Below, piece after piece: positions 58,768 to 64,000 of a DNA stretch of 64,000 nucleotides. Position numbers and translations under genes: made by a program. Each line of letters begins with the position of its first letter. Position 1 is the first letter of the stretch. The stretch is taken from the NCBI GenBank assembly GCA_963662465.1, contig OY759599.1, forward strand, positions 1,664,001 to 1,728,000. Reading direction: 5' to 3'. This stretch comes from Desulfatiglandales bacterium. Its GTDB lineage: Bacteria > Desulfobacterota > DSM-4660 > Desulfatiglandales > Desulfatiglandaceae. The notes below the pieces were generated by a model that was given only the letters and a program-made list of their open reading frames with translations, did no database searches and was not told the origin of the DNA.

Positions 58768-59058
58768 ATGAAAAACAAAAGAAAAGCGTACGAAGAAAAG
58801 TTAGATGCACAGGTGAATGAATGGAACGCGCAGATCACTTTGCTCAAGGCGAAGGCTGAGAATGCCAAGGCCGATGCGAAGATTGATTACTACAAAAGCA
58901 TTGAGGCATTGGAGCACAAACAAGGTGAAGCCAAGGCGAAGCTGCAAGAATTAAAAACCGCCGGCGATGAGGCATGGGAAGACGTCAAAGCAGGTTTGGA
59001 AAAAGCCTGGGCTGAAGTCAAGACCGCCTATCAGGATGCGACCTCGAAGTTCAAATAA
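58768..59058 (+). CDS. Small coiled-coil stress-associated protein
   Basis: YEEKLDAQVNEW...AGDEAWEDVKAGLEKAW. Confidence 0.75.
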   Translation: MKNKRKAYEEKLDAQVNEWNAQITLLKAKAENAKADAKIDYYKSIEALEHKQGEAKAKLQELKTAGDEAWEDVKAGLEKAWAEVKTAYQDATSKFK

Positions 59059-59407
59059 AGCAGGGGTTCTGTATGTATGGGCTTTTCGGTAGGCTGTTTT
59101 CTGTTTCAAGCGAAGGGACCTGAGTTGGCCACATCGGTGTTCACAAAAGGCGCCTACCTAGAGAAAAGGCTAAGCCTATAAAGCAAACGGGTTTATTTTA
59201 GGAGTGGGGTCATGCTGCGGTTACGCTTTTTTGGAGGTGAGGTGGGGGCATTGCCATCGCACAGAAACTCGATACAGCTAAGCAGCCTGATATGCCTCTT
59301 AGCGCGATTGAAAGCGGGTGTATCGATTTTGTTCTTTCACCGGAGGATATCGCTCGAGAAATTGTCCGAATTTCGCACGCTCAAAGAATGGAAATGGAAT
59401 CTGGCCC

Positions 59408-60736
59408 ATGAATAAACTCAAGCAAATTTGGAGCCATCTGCGGTCAAGCTTTTGGTTTGTGCCTTCGCTGATTGTTGCCGTCAGCATCGCCCTCGCCGTG
59501 GCTTTGATTGGAGCGGATTTCACAGAGAGCGAACAATGGCTGGCCCGCTGGCCGCGCCTGTTTGGCGTCGGCGCGGATGGCGCACGCGGGACTTTGTCCA
59601 CGATTGCCGGATCGATGATGACCGTGGTGGGGGTCACGTTTTCGATGGTTTTGATGACACTGGCGCTGGCCTCAAGCCAATACACCTCGCGCATCCTTCG
59701 GAACTTCATGCGTGACCGTGTCACGCAGGTTGTGCTCGGAATCTTCGCTGGTATTTTCACCTATTGCCTGATCGTGTTGCGGACCGTCCGCGGCGGCATT
59801 GATGGCGTATTTGTTCCGAGCATGGCAGTGTCTTTCAGCGTCGTGCTGGCGATGGGCGGCATCGGCGTCCTCATCTTTTTCATCCATCACATCGCTGCTT
59901 CGATCCAGGCCTCGAACATTATTGCCTCGGTAGCCGACGAAACCATGGCGGTTGTTGACCGGCTTTTTCCAGAGAAGCTTGGAAACGGACCGGTTGACAG
60001 CGATGAGGACCCGGCAGTACTCGCTCTGCCGGCGCAACACTGGCAGGCCGTCCCGGCCAGGAGGAATGGTTACATCCAAGGCATGGATAATGCGGCGCTC
60101 CTGCGTTTGGCTCGGGAGTACAACACCATTGTGCGGATGGAACGGAGCATCGGCGATTTTGTGGTCTATGACGCCACGCTGGCCTCGCTCGCTTTGGAGC
60201 TCCCGCCGGGACAAGAGCTCATCACCGCTCTGCGGGAGTCCTACCGCATAGACCGGTATCGCACGGTGGAACAAGATCTCGCTTTCGGCGTCAGACAGAT
60301 CGTGGACATAGCGTTACGGGCGCTATCTCCCGGCATCAACGACACCACGACGGCCGTGATGTGTGTGGATTATCTGACGGCGATTCTGGCACGGCTGGCC
60401 TCCCGGTCAATCCCTTCATTGCACCGCTATGAGAACCGGGAATTGAGGGTGATCGCCATCGGACCCACCTTTGCGAGCCTTGTGGCCGAAGCGTTCGATC
60501 AAATTCGCGGCAGTGCCGACGGCAATATCGCCATCATGTTACGGATGCTTGGCGCGATCCAAACCATCGCCGGTCTGACGGCCGGCCCGAGCCGACGGCG
60601 GGCGCTCCATGAACAAGTGCAATGGATCGCCGAATTGGCCGAACGCACCATCGAGTCCCCGCACGACCGGGCACGACTTGAGAGCCGGCTGGCGCGTGTG
60701 CGCGAAGCACTCGAAACAGAGCCGTTAGGCAGATAG
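59408..60736 (+). CDS. DUF2254 membrane protein
   Basis: SSFWFVP, LASSQYTSR, DIALRALSPGINDTTTA. Confidence 0.88.
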   Translation: MNKLKQIWSHLRSSFWFVPSLIVAVSIALAVALIGADFTESEQWLARWPRLFGVGADGARGTLSTIAGSMMTVVGVTFSMVLMTLALASSQYTSRILRNFMRDRVTQVVLGIFAGIFTYCLIVLRTVRGGIDGVFVPSMAVSFSVVLAMGGIGVLIFFIHHIAASIQASNIIASVADETMAVVDRLFPEKLGNGPVDSDEDPAVLALPAQHWQAVPARRNGYIQGMDNAALLRLAREYNTIVRMERSIGDFVVYDATLASLALELPPGQELITALRESYRIDRYRTVEQDLAFGVRQIVDIALRALSPGINDTTTAVMCVDYLTAILARLASRSIPSLHRYENRELRVIAIGPTFASLVAEAFDQIRGSADGNIAIMLRMLGAIQTIAGLTAGPSRRRALHEQVQWIAELAERTIESPHDRARLESRLARVREALETEPLGR

Positions 60737-62009
<1,273 letters not shown>

Positions 62010-62013
<4 letters not shown>

Positions 62014-62903
62014 GCGACACGACTGCGAGTCTGCGTCGAAAGATCGACATCGCCGGAAATCTCCAATCCGTTGTCCGCACCATGAAGGCCCTGGCCGCTT
62101 CGAGTATCGGCCAATACGAGCAATCGGTACGCGCGTTGGGTGACTTCTATCGCACCGTGGAACTGGGGTTGGGCGTCTGTTTCCGGGGCGCCGGTTCAGC
62201 GGGATCGATGACCGGAAAAACAAGACGATCAAATGCGGGTGTGGTCGGCGCGGTCATTTTCGGTTCAGACCAGGGGCTGGTGGGCCAATTTAACGATGTG
62301 GTGGCTGATTATGCGGTCAAGACGCTGGCGGCTCTGACGGCCAAACCCGAGATCTGGGCCGTCGGTGAGCGCGTCCATGCGCGCCTGGCAGACGCTGGTC
62401 TGCCGCTGTTGGGACGCTTCACCGTGCCGAACTCCGTCAAGGCCATCACCCCGCTCGTCGGGCAGATTCTCATGGAGAGCGAGACGCGCCGCGGCCAGGG
62501 TGAAGTCGCTGAACTTTACCTCTTCTACAACCGCCCCACGTCCGGGCCGGTTTATGCGCCCGTCAGTCAGCGACTGCTGCCGCTGGACGAAAGCTGGCGG
62601 CGCAGGCTGGCGGAACTTCCCTGGCCGACGGGAAACTTACCCGAGGTCATGGGTGGCGGCACCGCGCCCTTGCGGGCGCTCATCCGCGAATATCTTTTCG
62701 TCTCGCTCTTTAGGGCATGCGCCGAATCTCTCGCGAGCGAGAACGCGAGCCGCCTGGCGGCGATGCAACGCGCCGACAAAAACATCGATGAATTGCTGGA
62801 AGACCTCAACCGAACATTCCATCGTTTGCGCCAGAGCGGCATCGACGAGGAACTGTTTGACGTCATCTCCGGTTTCGAAGCGTTGAGCGCAGAGGAGAAA
62901 TAG
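62010..62903 (+). CDS. atpG: ATP synthase gamma subunit (N-ATPase type)
   Basis: SVVRTMKALAA, GSDQGLVGQFN, SENASRLAAMQRA, RQSGIDEEL. Confidence 0.9.
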
Positions 62904-62912
62904 GGAGAGTCT

Positions 62913-64000
62913 ATGAAAATTGTGCTGATCTATCCTGAGTATCCGGCTACCTTTTGGAGTTTCAAGTACGCCCTTAGGTTCATTCGCAAAAAGGCGGCCT
63001 TGCCCCCTCTGGGCCTTCTGACGATAGGGGCAATGCTGCCCGAAGAATGGCCCAAGAAGTTGATTGATCTGAATGTGACAGAGCTCACTGACAGGGACCT
63101 GGCGTGGGCTGATTATGCTTTTATCAGCGGCATGGTTGTGCAAAGAGAGTCGGCACGTGAAATTATCGCCCGGTGTAAGGCGGCAAATCTCAAGGTCATC
63201 GCCGGCGGGCCGCTGTTCACCAGTGAATATGATCAATTCCAGGATGTAACCCATTTTGTCCTGAATGAAGCCGAAAAGACCTTGCCCCCCTTTCTGACGG
63301 ATCTGGAGAAGGGCTTCGCACGGCACATCTATAAGACCCCCGAGTTTTGTGACATCCGCAGCACACCTGCTCCTCTGTGGGATTTAATCGATTTAAAAAA
63401 ATACGCCTCCATGAGCATCCAATTTTCGCGTGGCTGTCCATTTAATTGTGAGTTCTGTAACGTCACCACCTTATTCGGGCATCGGCCACGCATGAAAACA
63501 GCAGAACAGATCATTGCCGAGTTGGATGGACTTTACGATAACAAGTGGAGTGGACCCGTCTTTTTTGTGGATGACAATTTTATCGGTAACAAAGGCTATC
63601 TCAAGGACCATCTTTTGCCGGCTCTCATCCAATGGCAGAAAGGCAGGAAGGAGATTCCTTTTAGCACGGAGGCCTCGGTTAATCTGGCCGATGATCCGGC
63701 ATTAATGAACATGATGGTCCAGGCGGGTTTTGATACGGTCTTCATCGGCATCGAAACGCCCGATGAAGGAAGTCTGACTGAATGCAACAAACAACAGAAC
63801 AAGAACCGGGATCTGCTTGAGAGTGTAAAACGAATACAGCTGTCCGGACTGCAAGTGACGGGTGGCTTCATTGTCGGCTTTGACAACGACACGCCTTCCA
63901 TCTTTCAGCGGCAGATTGAGTTTATCCAGAAGAGCGGCATCGTGACGGCCATGGTGGGCTTACTGAACGCCCCTGCCGGCACAAGGCTTTACGAACGAAT
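62913..64000 (+). CDS. B12-binding radical SAM protein (DUF4070/HpnP-like); runs off the window
   Basis: TFWSF...[42 protein letters not shown]. Confidence 0.88.
   Translation, partial: MKIVLIYPEYPATFWSFKYALRFIRKKAALPPLGLLTIGAMLPEEWPKKLIDLNVTELTDRDLAWADYAFISGMVVQRESAREIIARCKAANLKVIAGGPLFTSEYDQFQDVTHFVLNEAEKTLPPFLTDLEKGFARHIYKTPEFCDIRSTPAPLWDLIDLKKYASMSIQFSRGCPFNCEFCNVTTLFGHRPRMKTAEQIIAELDGLYDNKWSGPVFFVDDNFIGNKGYLKDHLLPALIQWQKGRKEIPFSTEASVNLADDPALMNMMVQAGFDTVFIGIETPDEGSLTECNKQQNKNRDLLESVKRIQLSGLQVTGGFIVGFDNDTPSIFQRQIEFIQKSGIVTAMVGLLNAPAGTRLYER

Overview
Bacterial DNA of mixed GC content. Gene content suggests a Desulfobacterota (deltaproteobacterial) genome, but that is an inference. No rRNA, tRNA or CRISPR array was seen. 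The window has four zones. (i) 1-9.7 kb is mostly intact: a degenerate REC-GGDEF gene with a MshEN-type PilB/GspE ATPase, an aminotransferase, and a sigma54 activator followed by an ABM gene and an ftsH. (ii) 9.9-35 kb is a minus-strand island of large signal-peptide-bearing proteins: two RHS/YD proteins each followed by a small secreted mini-YD partner, a CSLREA/beta-helix protein and a 1551-aa beta-helix protein. Four of these proteins end in the same ~90-aa C-terminal domain, and a triplicated promoter/pseudo-receiver cassette is tied to a NarL-type two-component pair. (iii) 35-54 kb is a pile-up of nested, mostly broken IS elements (IS21, IS91, IS1634, ISAs1, IS4, IS200, IS66, an unclassified family), plus a MITE-like inverted repeat, a group II intron 3' relic and one more large secreted protein. 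(iv) 54-64 kb holds a Kef-type antiporter, a sigma54-driven stress cluster (DUF3096, CsbD, lmo0937-like, BON, DUF2254), an N-type ATPase operon collapsed by an atpD-atpA deletion, and a B12 radical SAM gene. The best candidate for an undescribed system is the RHS + mini-YD partner module together with the shared C-terminal putative sorting/anchoring domain. All domain calls come from motif recognition by eye; no searches were run.
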